Position numbers and translations under genes: made by a program
Assembly (NCBI GenBank): GCA_963692865.2
Contig: CAXXHI010000005.1
Location: 1-19,509, forward strand
Source: a bacterium
GTDB taxonomy: Bacteria > UBA8248
Direction: 5' to 3'
DNA: 19,509 bases
Shown here: one piece after another, positions 7,631-16,289 of the stretch
Position numbering within the stretch: the stretch's first letter is position 1
Layout: every line of letters begins with the position of its first letter
Notes under the pieces: generated by a model
What the model saw: the letters and a program-made list of their open reading frames with translations, nothing else
The model's database searches: none
Told to the model about the DNA's origin: nothing

Positions 7631-7659
7631 ATGCTAACACCGGAGCGGCGCACACGCAA
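7631..7659 (-). promoter_or_regulatory. Putative sigma70 promoter for the cupin leader
   Basis: TTGCGT-17 nt-TAGCAT with an extended -10 TG (TGtTAGCAT). Confidence 0.6.
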
Positions 7660-7807
7660 GCGAAAACCTCCTCAGAGCCGGATATCCAATCGCCGTCGCA
7701 ATCAATAAGACAGCCACCCAAGACAGCTACCGCAAGCGCTTTTCCGGCGAAGAACCCGCAACTTCACTCCAGAGCCGCGAGAACGCTCGCCGGACTCCCG
7801 AGATTCG

Positions 7808-7837
7808 TTGACAGCGAAACGCTCCCGTCTGTAAGAT
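7808..7837 (+). promoter_or_regulatory. Putative sigma70 promoter for the TRAP operon
   Basis: TTGACA-18 nt-TAAGAT, about 140 nt upstream of the ATG at 7977. Confidence 0.55.
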
Positions 7838-7976
7838 TCAGGCCCAAGCATACAGAAAAGAGCGCTCGTTGAGAACGCGGCGAGGCGGTTGGTTATCACT
7901 GGAATGCGTCTCGGCGAGCGAGAATTTTCGATTCATGTTGCCGGAGTATTACCTCACTTCATCAAGGAGAGTAAAA

Positions 7977-8960
7977 ATGAAGAGAATCGTCATGATGTTT
8001 GCAATTCTGGCCCTGACCCTGCCGTTTCTGACGGTGGGCGACGCCTACGCCGCGCCCGCGAAGCACGACGTCGCGGTCGGCAGCCTGGGCGGCACGATGG
8101 GCAGGCTGGGCGCGGGCCTCACGGAGATCGTCAACCGGAAGCAGAAAAAGGTCATCCTCAGCGTGGTTCCCGGCGGCGGCCGGGCGAACCCGGCGCGCGT
8201 GGGCGGCGGAGGCGCGGATTTCGGTTATACCTTCTCGAACTTCGCAGGCGCCGCGATGGCCGGCAGGACTCCCTTCAAGAAATCGTACAAGAACCTCCGC
8301 GGCATCGCCAGCTTCTGGCCTTCCTGCTACCACCAATACGCCGCCAAGGAACTTTACGACGGGGGCATCAAGACCTGGGGCGACATCATCAAGTCGAAAA
8401 CGGCGCAGAAGGTGGGTGTGGCCAAGAAGGGAACCAGCACGGAGTACGTGGGGAGCCTGATCGTCAAACACTACAAGACGAGCTACAAGCAACTCAGGGA
8501 GCGCGGCTACAAGCTCAACTTTGCGGGTGTGAACGGCATGTCGCGCGCGATAAAAGCGCGTCAGATCGATTACTATTTCCACAATTCGGGCGACCCCAAC
8601 GGCGCGGGCATCCAGGCGGCCCTGGGCCGTGACCTCGTGTTCCTCGACATGTCCGATGACGTGAAGAAGATGCTGGCGGGTAACGGTTTCACGCCCTGCC
8701 AGATTCCGGGCGGCATGTACAGGGGCAACCCCAAGCCCAAAGACTCGATGGGGCTCTTCGGCGTAATGCTCACCACGACCAAGATGAGCGCCGACGTCGT
8801 CTACTCGATTCTCAAAATCGCGAAAGACGAGAAAAAGTTCCTCTCGGGCGTCCACAAGATCTACAAAAGGTGGGACCCCAAGAAGGCGGGCATGCATCTC
8901 GGCGTGCCGCTGCATGAAGGCGCCAAGCGCTTCTACAAGGAGATCGGGGGCTCGATGTAA
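7977..8960 (+). CDS. TAXI-family TRAP transporter solute-binding protein
   Basis: AAGGAG RBS and Sec signal peptide MKRIVMMFAILALTLPFLTVGDAYA. Motifs GSLGGT, PGGGRAN, IPGGMY and C-terminal VPLHEGAKRFYKE; adjacent to a fused TRAP permease. Confidence 0.9.
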   Translation: MKRIVMMFAILALTLPFLTVGDAYAAPAKHDVAVGSLGGTMGRLGAGLTEIVNRKQKKVILSVVPGGGRANPARVGGGGADFGYTFSNFAGAAMAGRTPFKKSYKNLRGIASFWPSCYHQYAAKELYDGGIKTWGDIIKSKTAQKVGVAKKGTSTEYVGSLIVKHYKTSYKQLRERGYKLNFAGVNGMSRAIKARQIDYYFHNSGDPNGAGIQAALGRDLVFLDMSDDVKKMLAGNGFTPCQIPGGMYRGNPKPKDSMGLFGVMLTTTKMSADVVYSILKIAKDEKKFLSGVHKIYKRWDPKKAGMHLGVPLHEGAKRFYKEIGGSM

Positions 8961-8983
8961 CCGTACAGGGAAGAGGCGAGAGC

Positions 8984-10957
8984 GTGAGCGATATCAAGGA
9001 AAGAACCCCTCTGGACTGGCTCGTCCTGGCGATAGCCGTCGGCATGTCCTGGTTTCACATCCAGGTGGCCTACACGGGAGGGTATGAACCGCTTTCCCAG
9101 AGGGCGCTCTCGTACCTCTTCGGGATGACCCTGATATTCATCATCTACAGAAAGCCCGCGGGAGGCGGGTGGCGAGCCCTCGTATCGGTCGCCATCTGCC
9201 TCCTCGCGGTCGCCTCCATCTCCTACCCGATACTGCGCATCGACTATTACCTTGATCGCCTGCATTTCGTGGAACCGCTCGAAACCATGGATTTGATACT
9301 GGGTACGGTGGTTCTTGTACTCGCCTTCGAGGCGGCGCGCAGAACCATCAACCTCGCGCTTCCTCTGATATCGCTCTTCTTTATCGTCTATTCGTATTTC
9401 GGCCCCTGGTTCCCCGGGTTTCTCGCGCACAAGGGGGCGACCTACATGCACATCGTGGATCACCAGTACATGACCTACGATGGCATCTGGACGGCGCCCT
9501 TGAGCGTCTTTTCGGTCTACATCTTCCTGTTCATTCTGTTCGGCGCGTTTCTCGACCGCATGGGAGCCGCTGATTTCTACGTGAAACTCTCCATGGCGGC
9601 CGCGGGCAGGCTGCGCGGCGGACCTGCGAAGGCGGCCGTTTTCGCCAGCGCGATGACGGGCACGATCATGGGCAGCGCGAACGCGAACGTGGTCACCACG
9701 GGTTCGTTCACCATCCCGATGATGAAGCGCACGGGTTTCAAGCCCGAAATGGCGGCGGCCATCGAGACGGCCGCTTCAACAGGGGGGCAGATCATGCCGC
9801 CCATTATGGGGGCGTCCGCGTTCCTGATCGTGGAGTTCACCGGCATATCGTATTGGGAGATCGTGAAGGTATCGATTCTGCCCGCCGTTTTGTATTTCTT
9901 CTCCGTCTACGCGACCGTACATCTGGAGGCGAGAAAAGAGGGCCTGGTCGGTATGCCCAGAGAATTGATTCCCCCTCTGGGCCCCATCATGAAAGACGGG
10001 TGGTTCTATCTTCTGCCGCCCATCGTGATCCTGGGGATTCTCATGACGGGAAGACCCGTGCCCTACGCGGGACTCGCGGGCATTCTCTCCGTCGTGATCC
10101 TGGCGGGGCTCAAGGGCGCGCTCGTATTGCTGGAAAAAGCCAGGAGGGAGGGCACGAGCCTCCTGGAAGTGGCGAGCGAAATCGGCCGCGGCCTTTGGAA
10201 CATCGTCCTGGCGCTCGAGAAGGGCGCGATTCAATCGCTTTCCATCTGCGCGGCGGTGGGCGCGGTGGGCATCATCATGGGGGCGCTGTTCCAGACGGGC
10301 CTGGGCCTCAAGTTCTCCTCATTGGTTACGAATCTGGCGAACGACAGCCTGTTTCTCGGCATCCTCCTGGTGGGCATCGCTTCTTTCGTGCTCGGCATGG
10401 GCCTGCCGACGAGCGCGGCCTACATCGTCTTGTCCGTCATGGCCGTGCCCGCGCTTTTGGAGCTCGGAGAGCCGTTCAAGCTCTCGCTGCTCTCGGCCCA
10501 CCTCATCGTGTTCTGGTACAGCCTGGACAGTTGCTTCACGCCCCCTGTATGCGTCCCCGCCTATACGGCGGCGGGGATAGCGGACGCCAACCCGGCGAAG
10601 GCCGCCTGGGCGTCTTTCCGCACGGCGAAGGGCATGTACATCCTGCCGCTCATGTTCGCCTTCACGCCGATTCTGCTCATCCGCCAGCCCTGGCTCTCGC
10701 TGGAGACCTTCGCGGCGGGGCTTCTCGGCTTCCAGGCGCTGGCCGCCGCCATGGTCGGGTTCATGTATTTCCGCTTCTCGACCCCGATGCGCGGGCTTTT
10801 GTTCCTGGCGGCGGGGTTGTTGTTCTGGCCGGGCTACTGGAACCACCTGGCCGGCGCGATCATGCTGGGCGCGGTATTCATCCTGCAGAGAAGGCGCCTC
10901 GCCGAGGAGGGAGAACCCGCGCCCGCCCCGGTGGCCGGAGGCGCCGCTTCCGTATAG
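8984..10957 (+). CDS. TRAP transporter fused permease (4TM/12TM, DctQ-DctM fusion)
   Basis: Highly hydrophobic, with GGPAKAAV, ANVVTTGSFTIPMMKRTGF, ASTGGQIMPPIMGASAF, LGMGLPTSAAY and TPPVC. Confidence 0.93.
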   Translation: MSDIKERTPLDWLVLAIAVGMSWFHIQVAYTGGYEPLSQRALSYLFGMTLIFIIYRKPAGGGWRALVSVAICLLAVASISYPILRIDYYLDRLHFVEPLETMDLILGTVVLVLAFEAARRTINLALPLISLFFIVYSYFGPWFPGFLAHKGATYMHIVDHQYMTYDGIWTAPLSVFSVYIFLFILFGAFLDRMGAADFYVKLSMAAAGRLRGGPAKAAVFASAMTGTIMGSANANVVTTGSFTIPMMKRTGFKPEMAAAIETAASTGGQIMPPIMGASAFLIVEFTGISYWEIVKVSILPAVLYFFSVYATVHLEARKEGLVGMPRELIPPLGPIMKDGWFYLLPPIVILGILMTGRPVPYAGLAGILSVVILAGLKGALVLLEKARREGTSLLEVASEIGRGLWNIVLALEKGAIQSLSICAAVGAVGIIMGALFQTGLGLKFSSLVTNLANDSLFLGILLVGIASFVLGMGLPTSAAYIVLSVMAVPALLELGEPFKLSLLSAHLIVFWYSLDSCFTPPVCVPAYTAAGIADANPAKAAWASFRTAKGMYILPLMFAFTPILLIRQPWLSLETFAAGLLGFQALAAAMVGFMYFRFSTPMRGLLFLAAGLLFWPGYWNHLAGAIMLGAVFILQRRRLAEEGEPAPAPVAGGAASV

Positions 10958-11124
10958 AGGTGAGAAGGCAGCAGGTCTCCCTTTCGGCTGCGCGCTTCGC
11001 TTGAGTACAAGGCGGATATCGTTCACCATCTGATTTCACTTCCGCTCGCGCGGGGGCAGTCTCTTCCATCCGCCGACCGGGCGGACGCGCCGCCATTCCC
11101 GGCAGACCACAGGGAGGGTTCCTC

Positions 11125-12348
11125 ATGGAAGAAAAAGCGATCGACCGGATCGACGAATCCCGGGGGCCGCACTACGAGCCCTACGGCTGGCACCACTGGC
11201 CCGAGCATCCCTGGATGTCCTATCAGTTCAGGCGCGCCCTGGGCGAGACGCAGGAAGGCGGCGGCTCGGTGAGCGAGTGCTTCCAGGCGGCGAGCCGCAT
11301 GACGCCCGGCGACAACGAGAGCTGGCACGCCGAGTGGACGCGGGTAGGAGACCGGAACCGCGAGAGAGGGGATGCGGCCGCCGCCGCGGGGCGCATCCAG
11401 ACGGCGCGCAACTGCTGGCTGCGCGCGGCGGATTACTACAGGAGCGCCGAGTTCTGGCTCGCGTCCGACGACCCGCGCAGGCTCGAGACCTTCGAGAAGG
11501 TGGAGGCGTGCTCGAAGGCGTTTCTCGCCCATCTCACGCCGCCCGGCGAGGTGGTGCGCGTCCCTTACGAGAACGGCGCGCACCTGGACGCCTATTTCGC
11601 GCCCGCGCCTTTCCGCGCCGAGAGACAACCCGCCGTCATCAGCTTCGGCGGCCTGGACGCCTACAAGGACGAGATGTGGTTTATGGCGGGCCGGGGTTTT
11701 TTGCAGCGCGGCGTATCGGTCCTGATGATCGACGGCCCCGGCCAGGGCGGCACGCTGAGGCGGGGGGGCGTCACCAGCCGCCACGACTACGAGGTTCCCG
11801 TGGGCCGCTGCATCGACTATCTGGAGGGCAGGGGGGACGTGGACGCCTCTCGGGTCGCCGTCTGCGGCGGAGGCATCGGAGGCCATTTCGCCGCCCGGGC
11901 GGCGTGTTACGAGCACAGGCTCGCCGCCGCGCTCTCCCACACCGCCGGGTGGAGCCTGCATGACACATGGCGCGACGCGGGCGAGGAGCACCGCCTGGCC
12001 GATTCCATCAAGTGGGTATTCGGCGCGAAAAGCGTCAAGGAAGCCGTCGAGAAGCTCGCCCCCTATACGCTGGAAGGCCACATCGGGCGCATGAAGTGTC
12101 CCTACCTCATCGTCCACGGGGGCTACGACGTGCTCGGCGTGGCCCAGGCGCGCAGGGTCTATGATGCCGCCAAAGACGCCGGCGTGGACGTGACGCTCAG
12201 GCTCGTCGATCAAGAAGAGACCGGCGCCGACCACTGCCAGCACGACAACCCCACCATCGGCCAGGAGATTCTCGCCGACTGGCTGGCGGGGGTGTTCGAA
12301 ATCGACGAGCGCGAGTTGATGTCGAAGACCATAACGCCGATTCTCTGA
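11125..12348 (+). CDS. Alpha/beta-hydrolase-fold protein, 2,6-dihydroxypseudooxynicotine hydrolase/FrsA-like, with Gly at the nucleophile position
   Basis: WLRAADYYRSAEF, FGGLDAYKDE, DGPGQG, VAVCGGGIGGHFAARAA, HGGYD and GADHCQ. GGAGG RBS. Confidence 0.85.
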   Translation: MEEKAIDRIDESRGPHYEPYGWHHWPEHPWMSYQFRRALGETQEGGGSVSECFQAASRMTPGDNESWHAEWTRVGDRNRERGDAAAAAGRIQTARNCWLRAADYYRSAEFWLASDDPRRLETFEKVEACSKAFLAHLTPPGEVVRVPYENGAHLDAYFAPAPFRAERQPAVISFGGLDAYKDEMWFMAGRGFLQRGVSVLMIDGPGQGGTLRRGGVTSRHDYEVPVGRCIDYLEGRGDVDASRVAVCGGGIGGHFAARAACYEHRLAAALSHTAGWSLHDTWRDAGEEHRLADSIKWVFGAKSVKEAVEKLAPYTLEGHIGRMKCPYLIVHGGYDVLGVAQARRVYDAAKDAGVDVTLRLVDQEETGADHCQHDNPTIGQEILADWLAGVFEIDERELMSKTITPIL

Positions 12349-12396
12349 GTAGAGTCGTTAGATAGATTCGTTATTCACACCTGTAAGGAGGTTCAT

Positions 12397-13299
12397 GTGA
12401 GCATCACGCTGCTCGAGAATTTCAGGGCCGTTTTCTACACGCCGTTCTACGCCGCATCCGGTCTGGGGGCCTACGAGGAGGAGGGCGCCGACGTTCGCAT
12501 GGAAACCTCGCCCGACCCCGCCCGGAACGCGAGTCTGCTCGCCTCCGGCGAGGCGCAGGTGAGCTGGGGCGGCCCCATGCGCGTCCTGGTGGCTTATGAC
12601 AGGGACCCGGACTGCGGCCTCAAGGTGTTCTGCGAGGTCGTTCGCCGCGACCCGTTTTTTCTCATCGGGCGCGAGCCGAACCCGGCTTTCCGGATGAGCG
12701 ATCTGGCGGGCCCCAAAATCGCCACGGTGAGCGAGGTGCCCACCCCCTGGATGTGCCTGCAGCACGACCTGCGCCTGGCGGGGCTGGAGCCGGATGCGCT
12801 GAACAGAATCCCGTACCGGACGATGGGCGATAACGCCGACGCCCTGCGCGCGGGCGAGGTGGACGTCATTCAGGTGTTCCAGCCATTCGCGGAGGAATTG
12901 ATCCGGGAGGGCGCGGGCCACGCCTGGTATCAGGCGGCGGAGCGCGGCCTCACGACCTACACGGCGTTTTACGCGTCGGCCTCGTTCCTGCGGGAGAACC
13001 CCGAAGCCGCTCTCGGCATGACGCGCGCCATGCGTAAGACCGAACGCTGGCTCGCGGAGAACGACGCCGAAGCCGTCGCCCGGCTCGTTGCGCCCTGGTT
13101 CGAGGACATGGACTTCGATCTTCTGACGGCGGCGGTCGCGCGCTACAAGAGCCTCGGCCTGTGGAACGAAGAGCCGTACCTTGCGCGGGAGAGCTTCGAG
13201 TGGCTCCGGGCCGCGTGCCTGAGCGGGGGACTGATCTCCACGGGCGTCTCGTATGATGAGGCCGTGGACATGCGCTTCGTGGATGAGGCGTTGGCTTAG
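12397..13299 (+). CDS. SsuA/NMT1-THI5-like periplasmic-binding-fold protein without a signal peptide
   Basis: FYTPFYAA...GAYEEEG, ALRAGEVDVIQVFQPF and FLRENPE motifs. AAGGAGG RBS before GTG; no hydrophobic leader. Confidence 0.8.
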   Translation: MSITLLENFRAVFYTPFYAASGLGAYEEEGADVRMETSPDPARNASLLASGEAQVSWGGPMRVLVAYDRDPDCGLKVFCEVVRRDPFFLIGREPNPAFRMSDLAGPKIATVSEVPTPWMCLQHDLRLAGLEPDALNRIPYRTMGDNADALRAGEVDVIQVFQPFAEELIREGAGHAWYQAAERGLTTYTAFYASASFLRENPEAALGMTRAMRKTERWLAENDAEAVARLVAPWFEDMDFDLLTAAVARYKSLGLWNEEPYLARESFEWLRAACLSGGLISTGVSYDEAVDMRFVDEALA

Positions 13300-13385
13300 G
13301 GACGGGTCGCGGCCTCGGACAGGCCAAAGGGCCTGTCCGCTACGCACCCGCCAAACCGCGAAATCAGGACTTTTTCGACAACCCC
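13297..13385. repeat. Degenerate cassette remnant (REP-like hairpin plus a lone right terminal repeat)
   Basis: TAGGGAC...GGACAGGCCAAAGGGCCTGTCCGCTAC, then GGACTTTTTCGACAACCCC (13367-13385). No matching left end seen. Confidence 0.6.
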
Positions 13386-13458
13386 CTGCGCGGGGGTTTG
13401 AATTGTATTGTCCGGGTATGCGTTCTCGGATTTACGGGAATTTGCGGTGCGCCGCTTT

Positions 13459-14541
13459 TCAAGGTTCGAGAATGCGTATCTGCTCTCCGCCCAGGCCCAG
13501 GGCGACCTCATCGCCCACGGCGAAGGCTCGGCGGCCCGGGTGGTGGGTGTCGTCCACCAGCAGGGTGTCCTCGCCGACCGCGACGCTGTAGCGCAGGAGG
13601 TTGCCGAGGAACTCGCGGTGCCGCACCCGGCCCGTCAGGACGATTCCGGGAAGCGTCTCGCCCGGCGCTGCGACCGCCACGTCCTGCGGCCGGAACACGG
13701 CGGTCCGGTTTTCGCCTGCCGCAAGGGCTTCTCCCGCGAGCGGGAAGACGATGCCGCCGGCCGTGGCGAAGCGCGCCCCCTCCGTCCCCGTCTCGACCCG
13801 CCCGTCCATGAGGTTCGCCGTGCCCAGGAAGTGGGCGACGAAGCGGTTGACCGGCTCGTCGTAGAGTTCCATGGGCTGTCCCACCTGCTGGAGGACGCCG
13901 CCGTCGAGCACGGCGATGCGATCCGAGATGGTGTTGGCTTCCTCCTGGTCGTGGGTGACGAAGATGGTGGTGAGTTCCAGTTCGCGCTGTAAGTCCAGAA
14001 TCTCGCGGCGCATCTGCACGCGCAGGTTGGCGTCCAGGTTCGAGAGCGGCTCATCCAGCAGGAGCACGCGGGGTTCGACGACGATGGTGCGGGCCAGCGC
14101 GACACGCTGCTGCTGTCCGCCGGATAGCTGCGAGGGGCGCCGCTCGCCGAACTCCAGAAGCCCGACCATATCGAGTGCGGCGTCGACGCGCTTCGGAATC
14201 TCGGCGGCGGGCGTCTTGCGCTCCTCCAGGCCGAAGGCGACGTTTCTGCGCACCGTCATGTGCGGCCACAGCGCGTAGGACTGGAACACCATGCCGACGT
14301 TGCGCCGCCACGGCGGAAGCCGCGTCACGTCGTCCTCACCGATGAGGATGCGCCCCCTGGGCGTGGGGCCGAAACCCGCGACCGCGCGCAGCAGGGTCGA
14401 TTTGCCGGACCCCGAGGGGCCCAGGAAGGTGAACAACTCGCCCGGTTCGATGCGCAGGTTCACGTCCTTGAGCACGTCGGTTGCATCGTAGGCGAGGCTC
14501 AACTGTTCGATGACGACGCTTGCGGCTTGTAATGATGTCAT
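13459..14541 (-). CDS. ABC transporter ATP-binding subunit (PotA/FbpC-type, C-terminal TOBE domain)
   Basis: Walker A GPSGSGKST, LSGGQQQRVALAR, LLLDEPLSNLD and VTHDQEEA. True start at MTSLQ (14541), just downstream of the permease stop codon. Confidence 0.95.
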   Translation of the reverse strand: MTSLQAASVVIEQLSLAYDATDVLKDVNLRIEPGELFTFLGPSGSGKSTLLRAVAGFGPTPRGRILIGEDDVTRLPPWRRNVGMVFQSYALWPHMTVRRNVAFGLEERKTPAAEIPKRVDAALDMVGLLEFGERRPSQLSGGQQQRVALARTIVVEPRVLLLDEPLSNLDANLRVQMRREILDLQRELELTTIFVTHDQEEANTISDRIAVLDGGVLQQVGQPMELYDEPVNRFVAHFLGTANLMDGRVETGTEGARFATAGGIVFPLAGEALAAGENRTAVFRPQDVAVAAPGETLPGIVLTGRVRHREFLGNLLRYSVAVGEDTLLVDDTHHPGRRAFAVGDEVALGLGGEQIRILEP

Positions 14542-14543
14542 TC

Positions 14544-16259
14544 TCAGACTCCTGCGGCGATGGCCATGTCGGGCGTCTGGCGCGTCTCTTTGCGCTGGAT
14601 GAAGCGGTGCGAGACGTAGGTCGCGACCCCGACGATGACCACGGCGATGATGCCCAGCGCGGCGCCGGGGCCGCGGCCCGCCGCCGACTGCATGAACTCG
14701 TAGATGCCGAAAGCGAGCGGGGCGTCCGATTCCTGCGACACCAGCATGATGGTCGTGGACAACTCGACCGACGCGGTGGCGAAGCTGGTGACGAAACCGG
14801 CCACGATGCCGCCCGACATGAGCGGCACGACGATCCGGCGGATGGTGCGGCCCTTGGTGGCGCCCAGGTTCTCGGCGGCCTCTTCGAGCATGACGCTGAG
14901 CTGCTGCAACGCCGCGACGCAGGCGCGTAGCGCGTAGGGCAGGCGCCGGATGGCGAGGGCGACGACGATGATGACCCACCACGACGCCAGCGGCTTGTCG
15001 ATGATCGGCACGTTGAACGCGTAGAACGTGCGCAGATAGCCGATGCCGAGCACCACGCCGGGAATCGCCACCGCCCCCATCGCGGCGTAGTCCAGCCACT
15101 GCCGGGCGGCCAGATTCGTGCGCAGGACGATATAGGCGATGGCCGTGCCGAAGAGGACGTCGATCCCCGCGGCGAGGCCGGCGTATAGCAGCGTGTTCGT
15201 GATGAACTCCGATGATTCCGAGACCACCCGCATATAGTGCGCGTAAGTATAGGCGTCGGGCAGCACGCTGAACGACCAGACCGTGCCGAGAGAAAGAATG
15301 GCGAGGCCGAAGTGCGGCGAGAGCACCAAAAGCAGGATGAAGATGACGACGCCGTAGCAGACGGCCTTCTCCCAGGGCCGCAGGTCGCGCTTCATCAGCC
15401 CGCCGCCGCCCTTCTGGACGGTGGCGTAGTCCTTGCCCCGAAGCGCCAGGAACGAGATCCAGAGCGCCAGCAGGGAGAATATGACGAGGATGACCGAGAT
15501 CACGTAGCCCATCGGGTCCGATATGCCGATGGAAGCGATGCGGAGATACGCCTGGGGCGCCAGCATGTTGTTGATGTTGAGCAATAGCGGCGTGCCGATG
15601 TCGTCGAACACCTTGAGGAACACCAGGGACGCGCCCGCGACGTAGCCGGGCATGGCCAGCGGGAACACGATGCGCCGGAACAGGCGCACCCCGCTGGCGC
15701 CCAGGTTCTGTGCGGATTCCTCCATTGCCCGGTCGATGTTGTTGAGCGAGGCCGAAAGATTCATGAGGATGAACGGGAAATAGTGGATGCTCTCGACCAG
15801 GATGACGCCGTTCAGCCCTTCCATGAAGGGGATGGTGAAGCCGAACCACTCATCCAGCAGCAGGTTGACCGAGCCGTTCTCGCCGAGCAGCAGGAGCATC
15901 GCCACGGCGCCGACGAAGGGCGGCATGATGAGCGGGAGCACGCCGAGGGTCTGGATGAGGATGGCGCCGCCGAAATTGAAGCGGGTCGTGAAATAGGAGA
16001 GCGGCAGCGCGAAGCACGACGCCAGCACCACCGACATCAAGGCGACGTAGATCGAGTTGAGGGCGGATTCCTGAAACAGGTTGTTGCGGAAGAAGTCGAC
16101 GAAGTTGATGAGCGTCAGCGCGCCCGTGTTCGGGTCCTGGAAGGCGACGTATATCACGTTCACGACGGGCACGACCAGGAAGGCGAGCAGGAACAGACCG
16201 ACGATGAGGCCCACCGCCGCCGGCCCCCACTGGCCGCGCGCCATCGCTTCCAGAGACAT
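14544..16259 (-). CDS. ABC transporter permease with two fused TM domains (FbpB/AfuB-type)
   Basis: Two EAA loops (MEESAQNLGAS, LEEAAENLGAT), PLIMPPFVGA and many hydrophobic helices. Confidence 0.93.
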   Translation of the reverse strand: MSLEAMARGQWGPAAVGLIVGLFLLAFLVVPVVNVIYVAFQDPNTGALTLINFVDFFRNNLFQESALNSIYVALMSVVLASCFALPLSYFTTRFNFGGAILIQTLGVLPLIMPPFVGAVAMLLLLGENGSVNLLLDEWFGFTIPFMEGLNGVILVESIHYFPFILMNLSASLNNIDRAMEESAQNLGASGVRLFRRIVFPLAMPGYVAGASLVFLKVFDDIGTPLLLNINNMLAPQAYLRIASIGISDPMGYVISVILVIFSLLALWISFLALRGKDYATVQKGGGGLMKRDLRPWEKAVCYGVVIFILLLVLSPHFGLAILSLGTVWSFSVLPDAYTYAHYMRVVSESSEFITNTLLYAGLAAGIDVLFGTAIAYIVLRTNLAARQWLDYAAMGAVAIPGVVLGIGYLRTFYAFNVPIIDKPLASWWVIIVVALAIRRLPYALRACVAALQQLSVMLEEAAENLGATKGRTIRRIVVPLMSGGIVAGFVTSFATASVELSTTIMLVSQESDAPLAFGIYEFMQSAAGRGPGAALGIIAVVIVGVATYVSHRFIQRKETRQTPDMAIAAGV

Positions 16260-16289
16260 TCTTCCCCCTTCTCCGCGCCGGCCCGAAGG

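Noticed and set aside
12395-12400. ATG-TGA start-stop overlapping the GTG start of the SsuA-like gene
   Set aside because: The ATG is only 3 nt from the AGGAGG; it is more simply a chance overlap and nothing else supports a regulatory role.
13459-15849. 796-aa ORF suggesting a large fusion to the ABC ATPase
   Set aside because: The N-terminal 435 aa are an Arg-rich alternative frame overlapping the permease gene; the real ATPase starts at 14541.
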